DNA of 64,000 nucleotides from Ascidiella aspersa (Eukaryota): NCBI GenBank assembly GCA_963924565.1, contig OZ004608.1, positions 13,640,001 to 13,704,000 of the forward strand, read 5' to 3'. Shown piece by piece: positions 52,501 to 64,000 of this stretch (position 1 is its first letter; each line of letters starts with the position of its first letter). The notes under the pieces were generated by a model. It saw only the letters and a program-made list of their open reading frames with translations, ran no database searches and was not told where the DNA came from. The position numbers and the translations under genes were made by a program.

Positions 52501-53286
52501 GATGGTAGGACAAAATTCGCCTTAAAAATCGTTGTAGGCCTACTATACTATTGATTATTATTACACTATGAACTTCTTAGGCTGTTGCTCCAGTATGTTT
52601 TATGTCAAAGTTAAAATCAATGTGGGGACATCGTCGGATTCTAAGGCACATTGTGAAAGGAATGGTAAGTGTTTTTTAAATCTTGGAAGTTGTAAACTGA
52701 CTTCTTTAAGAGAGTGAAACATTTTTCTTAAAAGGTTCAAGTAATTAAGAAACGCAATGTTAGGTAATAGATATATTATGCCCTCACTGATAAAAAAACG
52801 GTGGACCGCAAGTATAAGTGTTCTAAAACGGTAAATTTAGAAACCTGCAGCCTAACCAGACTCTTTAAATTAGTCAAGCAGAGAGGACGTTTTTTTAATC
52901 TCAAGGCACAACACTCACTATAGTTAAAAAATGACCAATAATAAACGGAGACGCTTCCTTAGATTTCTTGGCACAACGACACCTAAAAAATATTTCTTCC
53001 TGTATAAAAGAATCGAGGGCAATAAGATGCTCTACGGTTTCCAGGCGTACCACAAAAAACGTTGAAAATAGCCGACTAATGTGTTTATCGCTAAACAGGG
53101 ACTGCTATGGAGTGCGTACAAGGGTGAACGGGCGTCCGCAACGGAAAAGTTAAATCGCATTGCATCGTGCAGCTATATTTAGACGAATCCAGCACATCTT
53201 AAGTTAATAGTTAAGAGTTCTATGTAAAGACATATAAAGGCGTTCATAGTCGCCACACTAAACACTTTAAAGTTTAAACCCTAAGA

Positions 53287-54072
53287 CAGTAGTGTTCAAC
53301 CTTTTTCATACCGCGACCCATTTTAACAACCCAATGTAACAAATGACCCCCTCCAAAGATTTCTGCATATGTATTACATTTGTGTATGCACAATGGCACA
53401 AAAAATATTAATAAAAAAAAACAAAAATTATGGTACCACCCTGTTCAAAAAAAATACTCATTTATTAAATTCATGCACAAGGCAGCATCAGTGAGATGGC
53501 TAGTGTTGCACCTTGGCGACAGGCTTGTCTATGCGTGCTCGCGTGGCGTTGTTGTTGCCAGAGCACACCTGATATCTGGCACTACTTGTAGTTTTATTGT
53601 GATGTAATAATTAGCTATTGTCACAACGCCGTTGTTGCGACAATGGATAGCATTTTTTTGCAGTGCAGGAAACACTTAGCTTCTGATTTCTGTCTTTATT
53701 GAATTTGAGAATAAACATAGAGGTTAGAGTTTTCACTTAGTTGTTGGACCAATTGCAAGGGCTGGTGTGTGTACAAGTTCTTCAGTAAACGTAAAAGTGT
53801 GTACTGTTTCACAAAAGGTTGAAAAGCACTGTAGGCTACCTATGATTGATACCGGGAACTCAATAGTAAGCCTAAACTGTTAAAATAATAGTCTCGAAAC
53901 TTTCTTACTGGCTGCTGATGTTTAAACATTCACTAATATCTACAGATATTTTTTATGGCAATTAATTGACATTCTCGTAATAGTGATTGGTATTTAACCG
54001 TCGTCTTCGCGACCCCCAGAGAAAAGGCAAACGACCCACAGGGGGTCGCGACCCGGAGGTTGAAAAACACTG
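53287..54072. mobile_element. hAT-type MITE with perfect TSD
   Basis: CAGTAGTGTTCAACC / GGTTGAAAAACACTG with CCCTAAGA on both sides; an extra internal right end near 53831. Confidence 0.85.
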
Positions 54073-55403
54073 CCCTAAGACTACGAAGGATCAGTCCACC
54101 AGTCGAAAAGTATGTGTAATGCTCCAACTTTTACAAACTGCCTTTAACTTAGTTAATTGCAAGTTTTGCAGCTGGTTATAGAAAAATGCGATGACGGTTA
54201 GATGTGGTATAGGAATATCGAAGCCGATGTAGAAGTAGGTAACCGAAAGTTTCGAATATATTTTTCAATCTATTTCAACATCTTGGCAAGTTTGCGGATG
54301 GTATTCTCAAGCTTAAGTGGAGTGCTTCTTGTTTTTTCGAAATAGTAGCTGACAATAAACTATGGGAACAAATTGGTCGGAGGTTTCAAGTTAAACGAAG
54401 TGGGAATATAAAAGCCAATCAAAACGAGGTAACATTTCCAACGCTTCAAATATTTCTTTTGTTTAGTTACTGTGTTTTTAATGATCGATAGTAACCTATT
54501 GAGATAGCTCGTACGATGCCGCTTTGAACTATTGTTGTTGTTAGACGGCAGTGCGTCGGCTTACCGCCTATGCCACTCATTTTACGTGTTAGATAATACG
54601 CTTCCTGTGCTAAGGCTAAAACGGAAACTAGATCTCCCGGCACTACGTTCCCATAGTCTATTCACAACCCGCTTGACAGCACGCTTTGAATTGTCACCAG
54701 TTTGTACGCACAAAGGTAGAGTCAACAACGGACAAGGCAATAGCTTGAGGTCGGGTCTCAGTCTTTATTGTGGTGTTACAGTTGAACGCATTGAGTCCAT
54801 TCAGTGCGTATTTGCTTTCAGATGTGGAGTGGGTGTGTTTGGGTTAGGGCCATGTAATGATAAATTTATCTCGAAATATATAAATGAGTAGTTTTGGGTA
54901 CTTTGAATCAGAACCAATTGATGAGAAAAACACTTATCGTTGAATGAAAGATAATGCAATATTGCGAAAAGAAGGAGGTGTGTCGTTTAAATATCGTTAG
55001 CTATGGAACAGCCTATACTTAGGCTGATGAGTAATATGAGTAATAACATGATTTGCATAGACGAATTGCCTTTCGTTGAGCTATAACTGGGCTGAAGTCA
55101 TTAACTTGTATAGACCTTGAAACGTTGTTGTCGAAATAGGACTTAAACGGCATTGCTTAAGTATATTTTTAAAAAATGTTATCGGCAAGCGTGATCACAA
55201 AACTGCGTAATCATTTTTTCTTAAAAAATAGCCAAGATAATAGTTTACTTTTCTTAAAGACCATAAAGTTCATTGATTGAATAATTAAAATTAAAAGTGC
55301 AATGATTAGTATTGCTTTAAAAAGTTAAACCCAACTGCCGGTGGCAACAATATTTGACTTTATTCCGGCAGTGATAGGGCGTGCTCTCATAGTTCTTTAA
55401 ATA

Positions 55404-58400
55404 ATGGAAACGACCTCAGACTTGCTAACCACGGCGGTCGGCCAAGTGGCCCGTGTCAGCCTGCTCTTGGTACACTGGGCGATACTGGAGGCTTACGTGG
55501 CGGCCAACATGTTCCAGTACATACGGCCCGATGTGCTTGGACTTAGCATCCCACCGCTCCTGAACCTCGTGTTCGTGCTGCTGTTCACGTTCACATTACT
55601 CTATATCGTCGACGGCGTGATTTGCTGCGCGAGCGTTGTGCGCAAATCCTTGACTGGCAAACAGCGCCAACAGCAACAGCACCTAGCTTCGTCCGCCGAA
55701 ACCTCCAACACAAATCTTGAGACCAAGTTGGACTTGAGCGCTGTCGAAAGTCAGCGCCAACCCCCGACGACCATGAGCTTTCCTTTTCCGAACCCGGTTG
55801 CCCGAAAGCTGTGCTTTGTGGCCCTGAGCAGCTTGATCTTGCCGCTGTGCAACTTGCCCCTGCTAGACGACCACGGGATGCTGCGCCTTGCCATCTACTC
55901 GATCGGGATGATGGTCGTGCCCATTCACGTGCGCTTCGCTTGTGAAAATGTAAGTTGGTTAAGGACGGGGTTGTGGTAAAGCCCCGGATTTTTATCGGCT
56001 CTGAATCGTTATTTAAAGAGCATTTGAATTTACATTCGCAGCAAACTTTTTTAGACTCAACTGTACTGAATCACAAATTATTATATATCATATCAGCCAT
56101 ATACAATTGCAAATTCGTGTAAAATCACTCGGGTTCAAAACAACATTCACAGCTAAACCTATATGTGTGGTAATCAGCATGTTCGCAAATGCGTAAATTA
56201 ATTTAATGCACATCATTAAGCTATAATCGCCTTGTTCACATTTCGACTATTAAATAAAACATGCTATAATAACAATTAAGGGAAACTGAACCGATACGCA
56301 ACGTAAGTATTTCCGTACATCTGCTTCCTGCAATGCACCCGCTCGCGGTTAAACACTGTATTGCAACAGCGTCGGTTTGACCGCAATTAAATATTCATTA
56401 GTGCTGTGTTGCATTTATTTTCCAAATTAAAAAAAAAATGACTAATGAATTTTCAACAGGGACCGCTTTTGGGCTGTTGGCGCTATTTTTTTAGTTTTTT
56501 AAATACAAAATCAAACGAATATTTTTGTTGCCTACAGGAACCGTCGCCCTTGGACGTGCCAATTTCGCTCGCCGTTTCGATGAGCATCCGCTGGGTTAAC
56601 TTCACCGACGGCGTGATGCACATGACTCTCGTAGGGAGCGTTATTATCGCACTATTGTCTGTCACTTCACACATTTTAGAAGAAGCCTTGCGCTGGCGAA
56701 ACGCGCTACGCTCAAGTCGAACGTCACAAACTGAAGTGCGTCATGACCGATACGACGAATCGCAAATCGATGCCACGCGGCCGCTGAACGATCGAGCGCT
56801 GTCTGAAAAGTCAGAGGATGACGATCCGGCCAAAGCTGGTCCCGATAAGGTTTGGTCTGTGGGCATTGCTATGAACTTTCGCCGCAATTCACCTGGCGTC
56901 CGATGGACTTTAGTGTCGCGCTACTCCTATCTAATGGTTAGCTGCCTCTCGCTTGGCTCTCTGGCTTGGATCACATACTGGGTTGGCCTCTCTCCGGCCG
57001 TGATAAGTCGCTGGTCGGAGGTCAAACATCCCTTCCAGGTCAACTGCCTGCTAGCCTGGCTATCCGCTCTTGGATGCATTTTTGCCGCCTTTATTCCATA
57101 CAGGGAGGGTTTACCGTTGCGACCTGCGCGGGCCATCCCTTGGCTTCTGATTGGCCTATGGACCACGGGCTTAACGCTGCAGTTCACCTGTACCAAATGG
57201 AAAGCGCTGATAGGCGGCTGTGTAATCACGTTTATACTGCCCACGCAGTGGATGTACACCCTTCACTCGCTGTCGCGATTCAGGGTGCTTTATAACGCCA
57301 ACAGAGGCATGTTGTCGCTCTGCATGTTCCTCTGCGGCGTCTCTTCGCTCGCCTTCCACATCATGGGCACCTTCACTGTTATTCCGATGCTTACCACCGC
57401 CTTCTGGGGCCGCATGCGTCCAATTTTCAGCGTGGCAGTTGGCGTGGCGGCCCTGCCTATCGTGGTTGACATGACATGTGACGTCATAGTTTTTATAACA
57501 AAACGCGACATGCCAAGCGTAATGCTCTCGTTGGCTTCTGGAAAGGCGGGGCCGCGCAGCAGAAAGCGGGCCTATACAGCGTTACTTATGCTGGTCGCCT
57601 TCATGACGTGCATATCGCTGTACGGCTTTCGCTTAAAGGTTGAACCAGATCTAGAGAGCTACGATCAGTTCTCGAAACCAACTTTCCGAGTCATGACATT
57701 TAACGTAATGAACGGCAAGTCGTTGCGCGAAAGGCCCAACCTGTACGCGACCGCTGCGCTCACGGCCAAATACGACGCCGACATCGTCGCTTTCCAAGAG
57801 TCGTTTGCCTTCCTGCCTTTCTTTGCCGGCGTAGACAACACCTACTACATTGCGGCCAGCGAAGGCATGCACGCGCATTACGGCGTCAACTCGCTCAACG
57901 ACGGCGGTGGCGACATCGGCATCTTGTCACGGATTCCCTTCTTCGCCGAATCGGCCGAATCTTACCCAAAGTTCGGCGACGTCGCTGTATTCAGCTACGG
58001 CATCAGCAAGATAGAAGTGCCACTACGGGATGCTGATCCAAGAAAACCGCCCAGGATCTTAAGCGTTATTTCGACGCACTTGGTATATTCTGAAGCGACG
58101 AGCGGCGCCGGCGACTTGTTGCAGCCACAGATCGACTATCTGACCGATGTGCTGAGCAGCACACCCGACCCCGTGGTCCTTCTCGGGGACTTGAACCTTT
58201 CACCCTCAGATTTGCGTCTTGACTTTCTATACAACAACGCAAACATGACAAGTGCCTTTCCTGGAGCTCGCAATGGCACTTCCGCCTTTCAAGTTTCTAC
58301 GACGAATGATGGCAGTGAAACAGAGCCGATTGATCACATATTTTACCGCGGCTTGAGGCTTGCCGAAACAGCGCGTGTTCTTAACGAATCTGGTTCAATT

Positions 58401-58442
58401 TCGGACCACTATCCGGTCACTGCACTGTTCTATGTTGATTGA
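55404..58442 (+). CDS. Multi-pass membrane protein with C-terminal endonuclease/exonuclease/phosphatase (EEP) domain; CWH43/PGAP2IP-like architecture (~816 aa)
   Basis: Exons 55404-55949 and 56538-58442 (phase 0). More than 10 hydrophobic segments, then EEP motifs RVMTFNV, DIVAFQE, GILSR, STHL, LLGDLN, IDHIFYRG and SDHYPV. Confidence 0.85.
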
Positions 58443-59554
58443 ACTGTAAAATTCTGTATTAGTTCGACGGTCGCGGTTGACATCTCGGCAGCACGGTCAA
58501 TTGTTTGGTTTGAAAAACCTTGCTGGCAGTAGAAGCTTCAGTGTGCTGCTGCAAATGTGTGTATCATATTTAATTTGCTTCCTCAGGAGCGTGAAGGGAA
58601 ATTTGTTTCCACTTATTGTGTTTTTCTATGCGAAGCTTGGGGATGATTTCTCATGAAGGTTAAACATTCACATTAAGTTTAGTGGGAAAGCTTCTTTAAA
58701 TTCTAAGACGTTTTGCGAGTTTTTGGCTCGCTCAGCATAACTGCATTAAGCTGATTGTGCTCTGCTCTAGTAATATTATTTATTAAAATTTATCTGTTGT
58801 TGCAAGTATTGCTTTTTATAGAGTGCGTATTACTATGCTGTTTGCAAGTGTTTCTATTTATTAACTACAAATTGTTACCGTTTCAGCGAATTACGCCAAA
58901 GAATCAATTATATTATGCCAGTGTGAGGCTGTTTATGATTGCTCAAACAGGAAGTTATGGCCATTTAACAACGCACACAAGCCCTCGAATGTGAAAAAAA
59001 AACGAAATAATTAATTGAAAATTAAAAATATAACATTCTATATTATTTTAATTTACCGTACTACATAAGTTGTGAATAAAGAGATTGTAAACGCCTTAGG
59101 TGCACTAAAGTATGTTCATTAATGAAACAATCTTTTATGTAGAACTAATGCCTAATTTGTCCGATTAATTGCCAAAATGTAAAATCTAATGTCATAACCT
59201 AACTTAAAAACTTAAAAGCGTCTTAATAGCCTCACAGTATAGAGGGCTCTCAATTAACCTTGACGATAGATCTGCGATCCCTTAATTTGCAACATTACAC
59301 AGAGAGCAATATAGTCTTGGCAATTCTATTGTCAAAAACATATGTTATAGGGTTATCTATATTGAATATGTTATAAATTGTGTTGCGTCTTTAAGTAACT
59401 ATGCTAAAACAGATTTGCAAAGTAGAACACGTGACAGCAACTTTCGTGCTTTCGGCCGCAGAGGTTGTTGTTATTGTAATTTAGATGCTTCATGACGCGC
59501 GACTGTGCGCTGAACAACACAACGTCAAGTTAAGAGCATGGTATAGGTTAAGAC

Positions 59555-60178
59555 GGGAACGTAACATAAGACCAAGAAAACAAGATAACATAAAGCAGAA
59601 TATTCTATAATACCGTAGTATTAAGACGAACGACCAAATACGCAGGAATGTCCATGACAGAACAAGGTCTAAAATGGTCAGAAGAAGATCTAAACCTGTT
59701 TGAATAAGGCTTTATTTGATCGGATAAGGCCTAAATGGACAAAATGAGGTTTGAAACGGTAGGGAGAGGGTATGGGATGATTGGAGACACCTGTCTGGTT
59801 ACGGCAGTTTTGTTGTCGACGTTTCGGCCCCTCTATTTGAACGGCGCTGTTGGGGAGCCGCTGTTTTGCCATCGGATTGTTTTCCCATGTTTGGGGATAA
59901 GGCCGGAAATGGGTATAGGGTTGAAAATTGGGTTCGGGTTAAAATTATTAGAAAAGTTATTATTGATGTAAGCAGTAAGGGGCGGGGTCTGGGACTGGGT
60001 AAAAGGTTGTATGGGTTTTATTCTGGTCATTTAGGTCTTATTCTGACCGGTTAATTAGGACTTAATACGATTTGACGTTTTTACGACTATTTGGTATAAG
60101 TCCTATTTTGGTGTTACCCAAAACTGTGTTTATTCCGATTTTAATAATGTTGTTCTAATTGCTATCTTCTGGAATCCC
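59555..60178. mobile_element. Foldback-like element, same family as ~19563-20121
   Basis: Shared core and inverted arms ATAAGGCCTAAATG / CATTTAGGTCTTAT; ends are approximate. Confidence 0.6.
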
Positions 60179-60544
60179 TTACAATAGTTCCGCTGGAATA
60201 CAACATATCACTCTAAAAAAGAGTCCTTAGTCGAGCAACTTATAGACGCAACATCACCTTCATGCAGGCGGTGTAACTGGCATACTTTTAAGTTCTGTTT
60301 GGGTACCAATCAAATAAAGATAAACAAAAATAATTAATAAATTTTTCATTTATTTTTTTATTCAGTTATTTTACCGTTTTCACTATATTTTTTGTGTAGG
60401 CCTAATTCCTAAAATATACGTTTCTTTTATTTGCTTATATGTTAACGTAAATACCAAGTAAGATAGATACATTTTTAGTGTCTCTAAACTGAAAAGGTAT
60501 TTGTTAGTTCTTGACATTGCTTTACTACCAAGCCGACGTAGACC

Positions 60545-60788
60545 TGTAACGCGAAATTTGGTCCGGGGCCAAAACTGATCCGGTCGGATCAATTTTGGCG
60601 TTGGAACAGCCGCTAAAACAGGTCCGGCTAGGCCAAAACTGGTCTGGCCTAACCCTAACCCTAGCCAGACCTGTTTTAGCGGCTGTTCCAACGCCAAAAT
60701 CGATCCGACCGGACCAGTTTTGGCGCTTGATTACGACCAAAATTGATCCGGATGGAATGATTTTGGCCGGGCCAATTTTGGCGTGACA
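60545..60788. mobile_element. MITE with TGT...ACA termini and 4-bp TSD (Ginger-like)
   Basis: GACC|TGTAACGCGAAATTTGG ... CCAATTTTGGCGTGACA|GACC, with an internal palindrome around CCTAACCCTAACCCT. Confidence 0.8.
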
Positions 60789-60834
60789 GACCCTTTTTGA
60801 GCAAGAAAATGCGCATTAAATAGTTCCTTTAAAA

Positions 60835-61832
60835 ATGCTAAAGGTAATGTTGAATTTTAGTCTGGGTTAGCTTTTTGTCTAAACGCAATATTTAGGTACA
60901 GGATCGAAACGTCATAGCATCTTTGGAAGCAGAATTGGCTCGAGCCAACCAAACTGCTACGTTCCTATGGAGGAGTTCAACAAACAAACCGGATTTCCAC
61001 CAAACGTTGAGTAGAAAAGGTATTCTTTCTGATGTTCGATTGTCAAAAACCACGCCTAATATTTATACGGATAATTTATTCATTTACCATTCCATTTCAG
61101 TCAAAATTTCTTGGTTGGCATGGCAATCTATGTTAGAAAATAACTAGTGGCTGCCGCGGCTTTGTAATGTGCAGCAATATTGATGTTGTTATTCGCATTA
61201 AATCGGACTAAATGAGTATTTTCAGTCAAATTTGCTGACCTTTAAATGTTTGTTCAGGGAAAAAGTCCAACTTGCTTTCCAAATGGATAACTTTCATTCA
61301 TTTCAACTCTCCAGGGGAATGATTTTACCTTTGCAATTCCAACTAAACGCTTTTAACCTTGTCAGCAAAACCCAAGGAAAACGTTGCTTTTAAAATTCGT
61401 AAGACAGTGTCAGACATGATCCTTCTCGCCAAACATTCACCGTGCAGAACATTCTTGTATCGCGAGACAAGCCAAACAATGCATCGAATCAGCTTGGATC
61501 GTGGAAAAATCCCACGCGATGCGGCCCACGCCTTTAGCTCCAACGAGGCCCTGTCATATGCGAAAGATGTCGACTGTGGTTTCGGATGCTATTACTTTTT
61601 AGGCGTCGAAACTGCCAGCAACTCGTCCGAGTACAGCTGCTACACGCCAAGGAACCACAACCAACTCGGTCGCTACCTGGACATCATCAAATCCGAGTAC
61701 AACGACAAAGGGGTTTCGGGGCTGCAGCCAGGCACCTCTTTTGGCGGTGTTCGGGATGCCAGAGGGTTTAGAGAAAGCCGCGGTATGTTCGTGTTCTACT
61801 CTTCGAGCGACGACGACACCCACTGGCCATGA
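60835..61832 (+). CDS. Uncharacterised ~199-aa protein (3 exons)
   Basis: Exons 60835-60843, 60896-61019 and 61366-61832 join in phase: MLKVQDRNVIASLEAELARANQ...KAKPKENVAFKIRKTVSDMILLAKHSPCRTFLY...GGVRDARGFRESRGMFVFYSSSDDDTHWP*. AATAAA at ~61913. No family recognised. Confidence 0.65.
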
Positions 61833-62027
61833 ACATCAAACAGACATGAACTAATTTCGTTGGTGTAAAATGTATACTGTAAATTTGTGTAAAATTTCCC
61901 ATTGTTTCAAAAAATAAACGCCTATGTGAAGCTGGTCACGGGAGACACGAAAATACTTGTGGTGTGGTGATTTTATTTTTTTTAAATACGAACAAGACGA
62001 TTTTACGTTCACGCCAGCTGAGAGTAT

Positions 62028-63943
62028 TCACCCAAAGGGACAAATATCATGTACAAACATAGACTTTCTACGTGGTGAAAAAGCTACACTAATTTTTAGA
62101 GCTACGCAAATTAGGTCGGTCTTGGATAAATTTTGTACAAAACAAGCTAGCCTAGAAAAAAGCTATAAAATACTGTTATATTTGGCCAGTTTAACTTCAG
62201 TATGATTCAGCTACACCAAATAAATTAACCTCCCTTTTAAGTTTATGTACCAGCAATATTGACAACAGCGAAAAGCACAAAGGGTATTTTGGGCAATTTA
62301 TGTTTGGTTGTTCTACAATTACACTTCGCCAACAAGTTTAAATCCTTACAGCGTGAGTTTTCGGCCGGGACTTTGCCGGGCGGTGGCCACAATAAACAAG
62401 GCCAAACTGCAGAGAGTAAACGCACCTAAACTAGCTACGGTCGCCACAGAAGTTGTGGAAAAGATAGGAGGGGCCTTTCTAACACTCCCTAACTTCATGG
62501 CGACAATACCGTGGCCTGGAAAAGGCCCGTTACCGTCAATGGTAACGTTCCCGGCCATCAGTGCCCCAAGCAGGGCGTTTGGGTCGAGGAACCGCCAGGT
62601 TTTATCGTGGTCTGCAAATCCGCGGGGAAGCTCCTTCGCCGTTTGTCCGTTACTGTGGCAGAAATCGTTGAAAGTCGCAACTTTCGAAACGACCTTTATT
62701 CTGGAATAAAAGCATAAGATTTGATCACTTATATTATATAGGAAGTATAGGACACACAATTTCCACGCCAGTCATAAGAAAAAAACGTTTGGAAATGGTT
62801 ACAACGAATTTTTTTTAAAGTTTATTCACAGAATAGCTGTTGTCTAGGACGAATTTGTTTTACAAACCTGAGAAGATGTCGATTTGGTACAGGAAAAGAG
62901 GGAACGACAAGGCTTTCGAGAAGTGCAAAGTCGCTGCCTATCACGTTGTCGGGGTTGGCTGGAGGAAAACCACAGCACTCTTCAAAGTTGCTCTGCAACG
63001 CAAAAAATCATTAAAAAATTGTAGCACAAATACTGTAAAACGGAACTTGGGCCTGGCTTAGAGGTTTAATTACGACATTTCGTCTTAAAATGTAAATCTT
63101 CAGCAACATGAAAAAAAACACTCCGTAAATAAGTTTTTTGAATTATATATAATTATGCTAAACACCACAAGGCTTACAATGCAGTAGGAGTCGACAGAAT
63201 CCACGATCCAAATGGAAAGCTCATTTTTAATTGTTAGAAGCCAGTCTAGCACACTTCCTTTAATCGTAAGCTCTACCGAGTTGTCTTCCGCAAATTTGTC
63301 GACTGCAAACACCAAACAAAAATGACCCTCTATGTTAGCAAAAACCTAAATTTGTTGGTGTGCCACAATTAACACGGGCGAATGTCGTCCTTAATGTATA
63401 CATTACATTTTTATTAAAAGTGTGGCCTATCGATTTCGCATGCTCACCTCGTTGTTCTTAAAAGTATATTATTCTGAAGTTTTTTCCACAACGAATATTT
63501 TTTCAGTATTTTCCTTAAAGATATACCTAAAAGCCAAGGGTTTAGGATGACTCTATTTGAATACAGAAATAATGAGGCAGCTTAGCCAAAATGTATATTT
63601 CTTTAAACAAGCGTTTGATCATGCAATTTAGGTTTATATATGCTCTTATATAAATTCGTACTTTCAATAAAAATCTATCGGAAAATATTAGATCGTATTC
63701 ATTGAAAAAGCTCGGGCAATTTTTCCTCACCTTGGCATCGTGTGGCAGCACAAAGCCGGTAGGATTGCGAGGAGCCGTTGCAGGGTAATCCCCGACCGGT
63801 GGGGGCCGGACTGTCGCAAGCCCGACTCCTGTACCTGTAGCCGTAATCGCACTTTCTGGGGCAGGCGCTTAAATCACTCCAATGCCCCCACATGCCCGAG
63901 TTGTCGGTACAAGCCAGCCCGTCACGATCGGGCAGAAAGTGAT
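62028..63943 (-). CDS. TSP1 (thrombospondin type-1) repeat type I membrane protein, 3' exons (5' part outside window)
   Basis: Exons 63731-63943 (WGHWSDLSAC..C..GYRYRSRAC..PAP...G..C), 63178-63302, 62868-62992 and 62350-62700 (TM segment VATVASLGAFTLCSLALFIVATA), with a probable last exon 62028-62067; alternatively a stop at 62346. All phases are consistent. Confidence 0.8.
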
Positions 63944-64000
63944 CTATGCCGGGTAAAAATAAATTAGTTGCCATATTTCCTAATCTGTATAACGCAGTGT

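Overview
AT-rich, intron-containing metazoan DNA with short GT-AG introns and many small non-autonomous DNA transposons (MITEs). The style suggests a marine invertebrate, plausibly an ascidian (inference only). Genes I could splice by hand, in order: the 3' end of PXK (+, 332-4366); ADPGK (+, 7172-13373); a four-exon gene missed by the ORF track that encodes a secreted prepro-knottin with a C-C-CC-C-C cysteine framework and its own TATA box (-, 16250-17926); an 11-exon somatostatin/opioid-like class A GPCR with a micro-exon-encoded acidic insert in extracellular loop 2 (+, 24475-31537); ICE2/NARG2 (+, 35536-49113); a two-exon multi-pass membrane protein with a C-terminal EEP hydrolase domain (+, 55404-58442); a three-exon ~199-aa orphan (+, 60835-61832); and the 3' end of a TSP1-containing type I membrane protein (-, ~62028-63943). 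The best candidate for an undescribed system is the toxin-like knottin precursor. All gene models are manual and unverified by alignment or RNA data.
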